A stretch of DNA of 64,000 nt. Source: a virus. Its lineage: Duplodnaviria > Caudoviricetes. Position 1 is the stretch's first letter, and every line of letters begins with the position of its first letter. Where the stretch lies: positions 2,161 to 66,160 of the IMG/VR virus record IMGVR_UViG_3300010885_044304, one strand, 5' to 3'. Positions 1-8,409 of the stretch are shown here, piece by piece. The notes beneath the pieces are model-generated. The model did no database searches. It saw nothing but the letters and a program-made list of their open reading frames with translations, and was not told the origin of the DNA. Made by a program: the position numbers and the translations under genes.

Positions 1-401
1 AGGCTTTCAAATTCAGCCATGAGTTCGTCCAGTTTGTCTTCCAGATCAACCACGCGATCTTCTAATTCTGCGTCGTCCTGGTCGCCATCCATCATGGCAT
101 GGTCTTCCATGTCATGATCTTCATCCATGGAAACACCAGATTCTTCTGTTTCAATATCGCCGATCAGATCTTCTGCCATGTCACCGCCCATGCCTTCCAT
201 GTTGGGATCCATGCCTTCTTCCATTTCTACTTCGTCTTCTTCAAGTTCTTCGTCAGCAGCTTCTTCAAGTTCTTCGTCTGCTGCCATCATTTCTTCATAG
301 ATGGCACGGCTTTTTTCCACAACAATGTCATGGAACAGCTCACGTGCTTTTGCTTCGTCATCATTGATAACGTATTCAATCAGTTGTTCAAACTTATTCA
401 T
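1..401 (-). CDS. Acidic prohead core/scaffolding-type protein, truncated at the window edge
   Basis: Not in the ORF track. Read manually from ATG at 401: MNKFEQLIEYVINDDEAKARELFHDIVVEKSRAIYEEMMAADEELEEAADEELEEDEVEM..., open to position 1. GGAGG SD upstream, very D/E-rich, and downstream of the portal as in T4-like head modules. Confidence 0.7.
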   Translation of the reverse strand, partial: MNKFEQLIEYVINDDEAKARELFHDIVVEKSRAIYEEMMAADEELEEAADEELEEDEVEMEEGMDPNMEGMGGDMAEDLIGDIETEESGVSMDEDHDMEDHAMMDGDQDDAELEDRVVDLEDKLDELMAEFES

Positions 402-432
402 GAGGACCCTCCGATGTAATGGCTCTGTAAGA

Positions 433-438
433 TATTTA
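433..438 (-). promoter_or_regulatory. T4-type late promoter core (TAAATA)
   Basis: TAAATA on the minus strand ~30 nt upstream of the ATG at 401; a gp55-like sigma factor is encoded in the window. Confidence 0.6.
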
Positions 439-526
439 CATACAATGTAATAATCTAGTCACTTAACGGTGGTTTTTTGGTGATTTTGTGTGTTTGTGTC
501 TGTCAGTGACACAAAATCAGTGTGGT

Positions 527-745
527 CTATACCACAGGTTGTGCAGGAGGTGCATACTGTGTTTTGACCTGTTTGAGTTTTTCTTTGAATTCGTATTCTC
601 TCACATCATGCATTTTGCGCAGCTTGTTGAGTTGACGCAAGGTCAGTTTGGTCTTGCGCAGGTCACCCAGACGAGGCTGGGTATTGTCTGCTTGCAAGTC
701 CTGGTAAGCACCAGGCTCACGTTGATAAAGTTCGTTCAAGATCAT
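527..745 (-). CDS. Small hypothetical head-module protein (72 aa)
   Basis: ORF between the portal and prohead core genes, same strand, preceded by a late promoter motif. Confidence 0.75.
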   Translation of the reverse strand: MILNELYQREPGAYQDLQADNTQPRLGDLRKTKLTLRQLNKLRKMHDVREYEFKEKLKQVKTQYAPPAQPVV

Positions 746-750
746 GACAA

Positions 751-758
751 TATTTATG
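751..758 (-). promoter_or_regulatory. Late promoter CATAAATA, 5 nt before the ATG (leaderless)
   Basis: Minus strand reads CATAAATA-TTGTC-ATG(745), with no room for an SD. Confidence 0.65.
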
Positions 759-2547
759 CCGGAGCAGGTGTTGGTGGTGTCACTGCTGCACCAGGTTGTG
801 CACCCACAGCAGGTGCAGGTGCAGCTGCGGTTTCTGCGCCAGGTTCGCCCAGAGTGGCCATTTCTTCACCTGTGGCAATGTCTCCTTCAAAATCTGCAGG
901 ATTTACACCCACACCACGCAGATCACTACCAGTGGTGCCAGCAACTTCAGCTGTGCCACGTTCTTCAGTCCACAGCTGTTCGTTTTCACTAATTTCTTCT
1001 TCGGTCAAGCCCAGGTAACGTTTCAGTAAGAAACGCTTGCTCAAGTAAGGCACCTGTTCCAGGGCAGTGAATGTTGTGACACGAGTGGTATCCAGTTCTG
1101 CTTCTCGGTAGCTGGCAAAGTTTTGTGGTGGATTGAATGCAATACTAAACAGACTTGAATCAATGTTGAAGCCTCTCCAGCGCATAAACATCTTGAATTC
1201 GTCATCCAGCTTTGTTATGATCAAGCGTTGCAAGCGTTCGCAGTACTGGTTAAAACGGTATTCTTGTATGAGTGCTGTGCCCACACGACCGTCTGTCATG
1301 GGACGATCACTGTCATCCGGTCCGGTAGGCAGGTAGCTGGAGGGCACACGCAGGCCGCGGCACATCTTGTTGTTGAAGTATTTCAAGTCATCAATTTCAC
1401 CAAGATTGCTACCGCCTGGCAAAGTTTCTACACTGCTTCCGCGGCCGTCGGCAGTCTGCGGGAAAAAGTAATCTTCGTTGATGGACAAAGGATTGTAGCT
1501 GGAATCCATGATGTGCTGACCGCCACCGGTGTTGCTGGGTATACGTCGCTGATGGATTTCATTTTTAACGCGATCCACAAAGGCCATGGCCATGTGGCTG
1601 GGCATGTTGCCCACATCAATCTTGAATACTCTGCGCTCAGGAGCACGAGCTGTACGATAAATCAACACAGCATCTTCCAAGAGTTCTTTCTGTTTGAACA
1701 CACGGAATATGGTTTCCAGCACACTCATGGAAAAGGGCCAGTAGTAGTCCAGGCCTTCGCTGAGACCCAGATGTATCACATGCTTGGCATCCAGCACAGT
1801 TTCGTTCATGGCAGCACTAAATCTGCTGCCCGAACCGCCTTGTCCGCCGGCACCTGCATTGGGTGCTGAATAGTTGTAGGGTGCTGTATAGCCGCCCGAC
1901 GGTGGTGTTGACTGATAGTCAGTGGTGGTTTTTACTGCAATTGACAAGTTCTGAAAATTGGGATTGATGTCGCGGATCACATACTGCTCAGGCTGTTTGC
2001 CTTCGCTTTCGTTCACAATCACACGTGCCACCTTGCTCATGTCAACCCAGTACATTTCAAATGTTTCTGGATCACGCACAAACACCTGATCACCGTATTT
2101 TAAAGTATTACGAAAGATGCGAAAGATACGTTGATCCAAGCGGTTCAGCTTGACCCACTGCTGCAGTTGCTTTTTGATGATGTCAATTTCGTGATCAGTG
2201 GGTGTGTCGTTGTACTTGACCTGAAACGGCAAGGCATCTGTGGCAGTGGCCTGTGTACAAAACTCTGCTAAAATATCTAAGCATGCATTGATTTCTGAAT
2301 CTGAATCCATGTTTTCATACTGATTGTAGCGTTCAATACGATTAGGATGTCCAGAATATACCTCAGGCAAGCGACTAGCATAGTTGCGATAAGCCACATC
2401 TGCATGTCCACGCATGGGATCTCTACCGTCATTGCGTCCGTATCCTGGCAGGCCGTCGGCACTTTTGCCCGAGAGTGGACTGAGTTCTCCGCCCACATTG
2501 GCCACTTTGAAGTATTTGCGCCAGCCTTTCTTTTCTGTATCTGCCAT
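754..2547 (-). CDS. gp20: Portal vertex protein, T4 gp20 family
   Basis: Hallmark motifs LLEDAVLIYRTARAPERRVFKIDVGNMP, EDYFFPQTADGRGSSVETLPGGSNLGEIDDLKYF and LRVPSSYL. Confidence 0.95.
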   Translation of the reverse strand: MADTEKKGWRKYFKVANVGGELSPLSGKSADGLPGYGRNDGRDPMRGHADVAYRNYASRLPEVYSGHPNRIERYNQYENMDSDSEINACLDILAEFCTQATATDALPFQVKYNDTPTDHEIDIIKKQLQQWVKLNRLDQRIFRIFRNTLKYGDQVFVRDPETFEMYWVDMSKVARVIVNESEGKQPEQYVIRDINPNFQNLSIAVKTTTDYQSTPPSGGYTAPYNYSAPNAGAGGQGGSGSRFSAAMNETVLDAKHVIHLGLSEGLDYYWPFSMSVLETIFRVFKQKELLEDAVLIYRTARAPERRVFKIDVGNMPSHMAMAFVDRVKNEIHQRRIPSNTGGGQHIMDSSYNPLSINEDYFFPQTADGRGSSVETLPGGSNLGEIDDLKYFNNKMCRGLRVPSSYLPTGPDDSDRPMTDGRVGTALIQEYRFNQYCERLQRLIITKLDDEFKMFMRWRGFNIDSSLFSIAFNPPQNFASYREAELDTTRVTTFTALEQVPYLSKRFLLKRYLGLTEEEISENEQLWTEERGTAEVAGTTGSDLRGVGVNPADFEGDIATGEEMATLGEPGAETAAAPAPAVGAQPGAAVTPPTPAPA

Positions 2548-2572
2548 TTAATGATCCTGAATTGCCATCATA

Positions 2573-2578
2573 TACTTA
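2573..2578 (-). promoter_or_regulatory. Late promoter variant TAAGTA for the portal gene
   Basis: CATAAGTA in the 33-nt gap between the tape-measure stop and the portal start; AGGA SD follows. Confidence 0.55.
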
Positions 2579-2580
2579 TG

Positions 2581-5500
2581 TTAGGCCTGGCTTGTTTGCA
2601 AGATTCTGCTCAGCAGGCCATTTTGTGTTTGATTTAGTGTGACCAATTGCTGCAGCATCAGACTGTTTTGCTGGGCCACTGTGGATGGTTGTTGTGGTTG
2701 TTCTGATGTAGTTGCAGCAGGTGCAGCAGGTAACGCAGCAGTGGTACCAGGAGCAGCTGCCACAGGAGTGGGCACACCACTGGGTCCTGCCATGCCACCT
2801 GGTGACAGTGTTCCTGTACCTGTTATACTGGCTACCAAGGCAGGAATATTACCGGACATGACACTGGCTTCACTCTTTCTGTATTTTTCAGTCATCAACT
2901 GATACACTTCGTCCATGCTGCGTTCTTTGCCCTTGTTGAAGTATATTTCAGGATTGGCCTTGGCTGCTGCAGGATCAAACTTGGCAGCACTCTGTGTAGG
3001 GTCACGGTCTTTGGCACCCAAAAATTTGGTAGCTCCGCCTGCACCCAAGAAATGTCCCATGTACAGGTCGGCGCCGCTGACTCCGCGACCCAGATTTTTT
3101 TCCATCTGTGACTTTTGATCTTGCGAAAACTTGGCCATGGCTTCAGTGGATTTGGCAGGATCAAATCTTTCTGCACCTGATCCTTTGCGTCCTGTGACAC
3201 CTTCATAGCTGCTTTCTAAAAATTGAAATAGTCCGCCGGCACTGCTTCGAGTATTTTTGGCTTTGGGATCTCCACCTGACTCCAGCATGGCCACTGTGCG
3301 CATGTAGGTGGTCATGTCTGCACTGCTGGGAGCACGACCGGCAGCGCCACCAGGCACACCTGCCACACTTGGAGCACCGGGTGTGTCACGACCGGCAGCG
3401 CCACCAGGCACACCTGCCACACTTGGAGCACCGGGTGTGCCCGGTTGCCTAGCAGCTCCTGCATAGAATTTGTTGGGGTCGACTCTGGTGCCATCTGGCA
3501 GCTTTATTTCGTGGTGCAGATGCGGCCCAGTGCTCATGCCTGTGTTGCCCACAGTGCCAACCTGTTGACCGGCCTTGACCATGTCACCGGTCTTGATCAT
3601 GGTCTTGTCTAAGTGAGCCAGAATGTGTTTGACACCTGTTATAGTGTCAGTGACCTCAACATAATTGCCGTAGCCCTTGGGATCACTTAGTACCTTGGCC
3701 ATGCCCGAGATGGGGGCCATGACCTTGTCACCAATTTTGCCTGCCAGGTCAACAGCGCCATGCATGGTTTTGCCGTCGTTTCTTATAAAACCACTGGTCT
3801 GGTTCATTTTTTCCAGAGGAGCTACTAGTGTTCCAATCTTGGCAGCCAGTTCTGGACTCACATCAGCAGAAGGTGGATGTGGATGAGCATGATCATGTTC
3901 GGTCAGGGCAGATTGAACTTGTGCTTGACCAGATACAGCAGCACCTGTACCGCTGGGTATGGCACCCATTCGAACAAGTTTTTTGATTTCATCTCTGATT
4001 TCAATCAGTGTGACCTGCACCTTGTTACCAAACACAGGTCCAGAATCCATTGACCCTGCTGCAGCGGGTGTTCCTGCTGTTGCTGTTGTGCCAGTTACTA
4101 ATTTGGCCGCCTGTTTTTCATCGTATTCTCTCTGCCTACGTTGTTCGTTAGTTTCACCTGGAAATCTTGCGTTATAAGCAGCCTGTTTGGCTGCCTGTTT
4201 TTCTGCTGCTGTTTGAGGTGCTGCGCCTGCTGTAGGTATTACTGGTGCTGCGCCTGCTGTAGGTATTACTGGTGCTGCGCCTGCTGTAGGTATTACTGGT
4301 GCTGCGCCTGCTGTAGGTATTACTGGTGCTGCGCCTGCTGCAGGAGTATCAGATGGAATTACAGCGCCACCTGACACAGTGACTTTCTTTACACCTAATT
4401 TATCAGTTAACATGCCTAATAATTTGTTCAATGCACCTGTGAAATTACTCACAGCTTTTGAAGCTTCGGGCATGAAAGTAAAACCTAATGTTTGCATCTG
4501 AATTGCCAACTGTTGCATGTTGCGTTGTGCATCAACTGTGGAATTGGTCAATGCGTCACCGGGACCTTTAATAGTGTTCTCTTGCTCTTTTCTTATTAAT
4601 TGCCCGTTGCGAATTTCCATAGCTGCTGCATCGCCAAGTTCTTTTGTGTGTATACCAACCTGAACACCCAACGATCCCAAATCAGCAGCCAATGGCAAAG
4701 CTTTTGTACTGAGTTGTTTTAAAGTGTTTAAAAATCCACCTGAATCACCTTTGGCAGCCTGATTTAATGTGCCTAAGTCGTTTCCGAATGTGATAGCTCC
4801 CTCTATGCTGGCTTTACTTGTGCCAACAAAACCAGTTACATTATCTTTCAAGGCTTGTGCCATGCCGGGATATTGTTTGGAAATTGCAGCTATATTCAGT
4901 GAATGTTTTTCCATTTCTGCAATGGCATTAGCATCACCGGATGCTTTTACTTTTTCGATGTGCGAACGATATATCAGCTCACTCATTTGCGCATCTTGTT
5001 CTTTCTTTAAGCCTTCTTTGCTGGCACCAGTTAGCCTGCTGAGTTCATCCAGTTCCAAGGCATATTTGTTGGCACCTACTGCTAGCTGTTCGATGCTCTT
5101 GCCCTGTGCCAGACCTAATCTGGTTTGACGTGCAATATAGGAGGCAGTTGTTTCACCAATTTCATCAATGCCAAATCCTAATCTTTGTAAACTGATACCA
5201 AAATCTTTTTGGACCATGCCTGCAGTATCAGCAAATCTTTCTGCTCCTGTACCCACGCTGCCACCAAAGTTGGCCAATGCAGCACTATTTTCTTTGATGG
5301 TGTTGGTATAAGATTTCAACTGCATTCCACTGGTCAGGAATTGTCGTTGCAGTCCGCTCATACCATCAGCAGTGAGACCACCTACTTTGGATAGATCTTG
5401 AAAAGCGTCAGTGGCATTTTGCAACTGACCCAGCATGAATTTAGCGCCTTCGGCTGCTGCCTTGACTGCGCCGCCAAAGAAAGGAATAGTACTAAATGCT

Positions 5501-5943
5501 GCTGCTGCTGCATCAATAATGGGATTTAATTCTTTGAATCCCTGTGCGCCTTCGCCCATGGCTTTTGAAAAGCCACCAATTAGGCCGGCTGTCTTGCCAA
5601 GTCCACTCAAGGCTTGCATGCTGGTATATGTTGCTTTGGCTAAGCCTTCCTCGTTTGCTTTCCGAACTTTCAGTCTCTCTTTCAGAGCCTCATCTTCGGT
5701 GGCACCTCGAGCTCGGGCTGCTCGTACTGCTGCTTCCTCTAAAGCGCGGTTACCGTCAGCACGTATCTTGCTGATTACACCATGTATAGCTTTTTCTTCT
5801 CTTTCTTTAGTGGATAATTTAGGACGATATTGTTCAAAACCCAGTCTGAGTTTTTCCGTTGCTGCCGATGCGTCGAGCAACTCCTTTGTGAAACGCCGTG
5901 TGGCTTCTGCTGCTGCTGCTGCTGCTTCTTCTTCTGGTGTCAT
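2581..5943 (-). CDS. Tape-measure-like protein with C-terminal M23 peptidase and lytic transglycosylase (SLT/lysozyme-like) domains
   Basis: Ala/Gly-rich helical N-terminal ~520 aa; M23 zinc motifs HGAVD and STGPHLHHEI with GYGNYV; SLT motif AMLESGG...SSAGGLFQF...LYMGHFLGAGGA. Confidence 0.8.
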   Translation of the reverse strand: MTPEEEAAAAAAEATRRFTKELLDASAATEKLRLGFEQYRPKLSTKEREEKAIHGVISKIRADGNRALEEAAVRAARARGATEDEALKERLKVRKANEEGLAKATYTSMQALSGLGKTAGLIGGFSKAMGEGAQGFKELNPIIDAAAAAFSTIPFFGGAVKAAAEGAKFMLGQLQNATDAFQDLSKVGGLTADGMSGLQRQFLTSGMQLKSYTNTIKENSAALANFGGSVGTGAERFADTAGMVQKDFGISLQRLGFGIDEIGETTASYIARQTRLGLAQGKSIEQLAVGANKYALELDELSRLTGASKEGLKKEQDAQMSELIYRSHIEKVKASGDANAIAEMEKHSLNIAAISKQYPGMAQALKDNVTGFVGTSKASIEGAITFGNDLGTLNQAAKGDSGGFLNTLKQLSTKALPLAADLGSLGVQVGIHTKELGDAAAMEIRNGQLIRKEQENTIKGPGDALTNSTVDAQRNMQQLAIQMQTLGFTFMPEASKAVSNFTGALNKLLGMLTDKLGVKKVTVSGGAVIPSDTPAAGAAPVIPTAGAAPVIPTAGAAPVIPTAGAAPVIPTAGAAPQTAAEKQAAKQAAYNARFPGETNEQRRQREYDEKQAAKLVTGTTATAGTPAAAGSMDSGPVFGNKVQVTLIEIRDEIKKLVRMGAIPSGTGAAVSGQAQVQSALTEHDHAHPHPPSADVSPELAAKIGTLVAPLEKMNQTSGFIRNDGKTMHGAVDLAGKIGDKVMAPISGMAKVLSDPKGYGNYVEVTDTITGVKHILAHLDKTMIKTGDMVKAGQQVGTVGNTGMSTGPHLHHEIKLPDGTRVDPNKFYAGAARQPGTPGAPSVAGVPGGAAGRDTPGAPSVAGVPGGAAGRAPSSADMTTYMRTVAMLESGGDPKAKNTRSSAGGLFQFLESSYEGVTGRKGSGAERFDPAKSTEAMAKFSQDQKSQMEKNLGRGVSGADLYMGHFLGAGGATKFLGAKDRDPTQSAAKFDPAAAKANPEIYFNKGKERSMDEVYQLMTEKYRKSEASVMSGNIPALVASITGTGTLSPGGMAGPSGVPTPVAAAPGTTAALPAAPAATTSEQPQQPSTVAQQNSLMLQQLVTLNQTQNGLLSRILQTSQA
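3333..3439. repeat. 54-bp tandem duplication, 2 copies, encoding TPGAPSVAGVPGGAAGR
   Basis: Identical copies start at 3333 and 3387, in the linker between the M23 and SLT domains. Confidence 0.9.
4217..4340. repeat. 27-bp perfect tandem repeat, ~4.6 copies, encoding PVIPTAGAA
   Basis: Unit ggtgctgcgcctgctgtaggtattact at 4217, 4244, 4271 and 4298, partial at 4325. Confidence 0.95.
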
Positions 5944-5969
5944 ATTTTCTCAGCCATGCTTTTCCGTGG

Positions 5970-5988
5970 TAAGTATTATGAATATTTA
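5970..5988. promoter_or_regulatory. Two closely spaced late promoters serving divergent genes
   Basis: TAAGTA on + (5970-5975, toward the gp26-like gene) and TAAATA on - (5983-5988, toward the tape measure), 7 nt apart. Confidence 0.6.
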
Positions 5989-6002
5989 CCTAAGGATTTT
6001 CC

Positions 6003-6842
6003 ATGAGTTCTAATCCACTTGCAAAGTTTTTCAGACAACCTGCCATCTACGCACGCCTGCCCAGCGGCGGCAAGAACTGGCCTACGGGCACCATAAACAT
6101 GCCGCCCAACAGTGAACTGCCTATTCTGCCCATGACAGCCATAGACGAAATCACTTATCGCACACCCGATGCCCTGTTCAACGGCGAAGCTGTAACCGGT
6201 GTCATACAAAGTTGTGTACCCAGTATCAAGAATGCCTGGGCAACACCCAGCATTGACTTAGACACTCTATTGGTTGCCATACGTATTGCCAGCTACGGAC
6301 ACGAAATGGAGATTGGCACCAAGTGTCCCAAGTGCGGTGAAGAACACGAATTTGGTCTGGATCTGCGCACAGTGATCGACAATTTCAAGCCTGCAGACTA
6401 TGCAGCAACCTTGAAGAAAGGTGATCTGGAGTTTTATTTCAGACCCTTGAACTACAGGGAAATGACCGAAAACAGTCTCATGCAGTTTGAACAACAGAAA
6501 ACTCTGCAGCAGGTGAACGAAACAGACGGTCTGGAAGAATCTGAAAAGATGACCAGACTCAATGCCATGATGAAAAAACTTGTGGAAGTCACTGTGCGAG
6601 CCATGAGTCAGAGCATAATGGAAATACGTACACCTGATGCAGTGGTGTCAGATCGTGTGCATATTGATCAATTTCTTGCCAACTGTGAGCGTGGTATTTT
6701 CAACAGTGTGAGAGATCATGTGATTGAACTCAGAGAAAAAAGTGAGTTGAAACCGCTAGATCTCACTTGTCCTTCATGTACCAACCAGTATCAACAGACC
6801 TTTACCTTGGACATGGCAAGTTTTTTCGCAGCCGCCTCTTAG
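6003..6842 (+). CDS. gp26: Baseplate hub assembly / tail chaperone protein, T4 gp26-like
   Basis: LPSGG...LPMTAIDE...D.D.LLVAIRIASYG pattern with two CxxC pairs (CPKC, CPSC), ending in SFF; AAGGA SD; adjacent to the tape measure. Confidence 0.75.
   Translation: MSSNPLAKFFRQPAIYARLPSGGKNWPTGTINMPPNSELPILPMTAIDEITYRTPDALFNGEAVTGVIQSCVPSIKNAWATPSIDLDTLLVAIRIASYGHEMEIGTKCPKCGEEHEFGLDLRTVIDNFKPADYAATLKKGDLEFYFRPLNYREMTENSLMQFEQQKTLQQVNETDGLEESEKMTRLNAMMKKLVEVTVRAMSQSIMEIRTPDAVVSDRVHIDQFLANCERGIFNSVRDHVIELREKSELKPLDLTCPSCTNQYQQTFTLDMASFFAAAS
6821..6827 (+). other. Candidate -1 ribosomal frameshift heptamer T-TTT-TTC
   Basis: Codons AGT TTT TTC place an X XXY YYZ heptamer in the correct phase, and the -1 frame is open to 7057. 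Confidence 0.6.
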
Positions 6843-7057
6843 CGTCTGACCCTCAAGAAATTGTCAAGGTGATTGAGGGCATGGATGCGGAGGCCAAAGA
6901 CATCCGTAATGAAAATCTCAAGATGTGTTGGTACATGCGAGGCGGCGTTACCTACAACGAAGTGATGAATCTCAGTCATGAAGAGCGCAAAATGATTGGT
7001 GTCATCATCAAAGAAAATTTGGAAACAACCAAAAAAACTGGACTGAACTTTTTCTAA
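6821..7057 (+). CDS. gp51: gp51-like small hub-assembly domain, probably expressed as a -1 frameshift extension of the gp26-like protein (alternative start ATG 6881)
   Basis: WYMRGGVTYNEVMNLSHEERKMI resembles the short gp51-like proteins that follow gp26 in T4-like phages; overlaps the gp26 end in the -1 frame. Confidence 0.6.
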   Translation, partial: FFRSRLLASDPQEIVKVIEGMDAEAKDIRNENLKMCWYMRGGVTYNEVMNLSHEERKMIGVIIKENLETTKKTGLNFF

Positions 7058-7058
7058 C

Positions 7059-7556
7059 ATGAATTTTGAGCTGGCCCAACAACACATCGAACAGTGGATC
7101 ATGGACTTTGTAGAAAAGCCCAATCCACTGTTAAACAATTGGCCGCCGTGTCCCTATGCCAGGCAGGCCAGACTCAATCAACAGATTGATATTAGACCAG
7201 GTTGTTACAACCCCATAGACGACATAAAACAGGTTGATATGGGAGAATTTGAAGTCGTGGTTTATGTGTATGAGCGTGAACGCTGGTCAGCCAACGAGTT
7301 TAATGAACTGGTAGAAACTGCAAACATATCTTATTTGGCGCAACGAGGTTTGATAGCCTTGGCCGATCACCCCGACGATGTAGAAACTGTGGCAGGTGTG
7401 GTTATGAATCAAGGCACTTATGCTATTGTATTTGTACAGGACTTGGCCAAACTCAATCACTTTGCTCGAATACTGGGTAAAAAAGATTTTTACAAGGATT
7501 GGCCAGATGAATACCTAGATGTATTGTTTGCTGGTCGGATTGATCCTAGACTATGA
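7059..7556 (+). CDS. DUF1415-like protein
   Basis: N-terminal W...FV.....L...PPCPYA and later ADHP motifs recalled from DUF1415. Confidence 0.55.
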   Translation: MNFELAQQHIEQWIMDFVEKPNPLLNNWPPCPYARQARLNQQIDIRPGCYNPIDDIKQVDMGEFEVVVYVYERERWSANEFNELVETANISYLAQRGLIALADHPDDVETVAGVVMNQGTYAIVFVQDLAKLNHFARILGKKDFYKDWPDEYLDVLFAGRIDPRL

Positions 7557-7987
7557 CATACGAATATGCTCGCATAGACCTTGCCAAGACTACATATCAG
7601 GCCACAGTGGCCTGGCAGTATCTACAGGATCCTGACATAGCAGAACTCAATGACATCTACAGAACATACTGTATCTACCGGCACTTTGGGTCAGTAATGC
7701 CAATATTTGACAGTCAGTACCAAGATCCTGACACAGATGTGATCGGCTATTATGATGCAGAACGATTGGTAGCGTTCTCTTTGATCAAACGCTATGATAC
7801 TGAAAATGCACTATGTGCTCAGTTTGCTTGGACATACAGCAAACCCAAGCTGAGATTGGGAATAGAAAGTTTAAAAACAGAATGTGCTATCTATAGAGCG
7901 CGAGGGTTTAGATACCTGTACTTGGATCAAGCACACTTGTACAAGCAAGGCCTAGAAGGCTTTGAACTGTTGGGACCATTACAATAA
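7553..7987 (+). CDS. Aminoacyl-tRNA-protein transferase C-terminal (ATE/Bpt-like GNAT) domain protein
   Basis: GYY...LVAFS...W.Y..PKLRLGIESL..E....R..G..YLYL....YK...GFE matches the ATE_C pattern; ATGA overlap with the upstream gene. Confidence 0.65.
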   Translation: MTYEYARIDLAKTTYQATVAWQYLQDPDIAELNDIYRTYCIYRHFGSVMPIFDSQYQDPDTDVIGYYDAERLVAFSLIKRYDTENALCAQFAWTYSKPKLRLGIESLKTECAIYRARGFRYLYLDQAHLYKQGLEGFELLGPLQ

Positions 7988-7996
7988 AGGACACAA

Positions 7997-8332
7997 ATGG
8001 CAGACATATATCATATTTGGGCAAACAAACAAGGTGACATCACGGATATGGACTGGGTCACCAACATGCGTGGCTTCCTCCAGCAGCTGGTGGACGAGAA
8101 CAAGATGCAATCGTTTAGAATCACAAGATGCAAACTGGGGTTTCGTAGCATATCATCCATGCCAGAGTGGCATATCATGATGGAGTTTGTTGACATGGCT
8201 CAAATGGATAATGCGTTTAAACGTGTTGCTCCACTTGAAGGCGAATTGGAAACCAAACACAAATCATTCAATCAATTTGTTGGTAGTGACATCGAGCATG
8301 CGCTTTTCAGAGATTATCCTGATCAGTTATAA
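7997..8332 (+). CDS. DUF6614-like small alpha/beta protein
   Basis: IYHIW...FL..L.......FRITRCKLGF.....EWHIMMEF..MAQMD.AF...ALFRDYPD pattern; AAGGA SD. Confidence 0.55.
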   Translation: MADIYHIWANKQGDITDMDWVTNMRGFLQQLVDENKMQSFRITRCKLGFRSISSMPEWHIMMEFVDMAQMDNAFKRVAPLEGELETKHKSFNQFVGSDIEHALFRDYPDQL

Positions 8333-8374
8333 GATGAACGCAGTTCATCTGTTGTTTCGCTATCGCTCACAACA
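8332..8374 (+). terminator. Tandem hairpins at the end of the plus-strand operon (possible terminator or DNA hairpin signal)
   Basis: AGATGAAC-GCA-GTTCATCT (8-bp stem), followed by TGTTGT-ttcgctatcgctc-ACAACA. The U-tract is weak. Confidence 0.4.
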
Positions 8375-8409
8375 TTATTTCAAAATCAAGTATTGCTAAA
8401 GAGCAGTTG

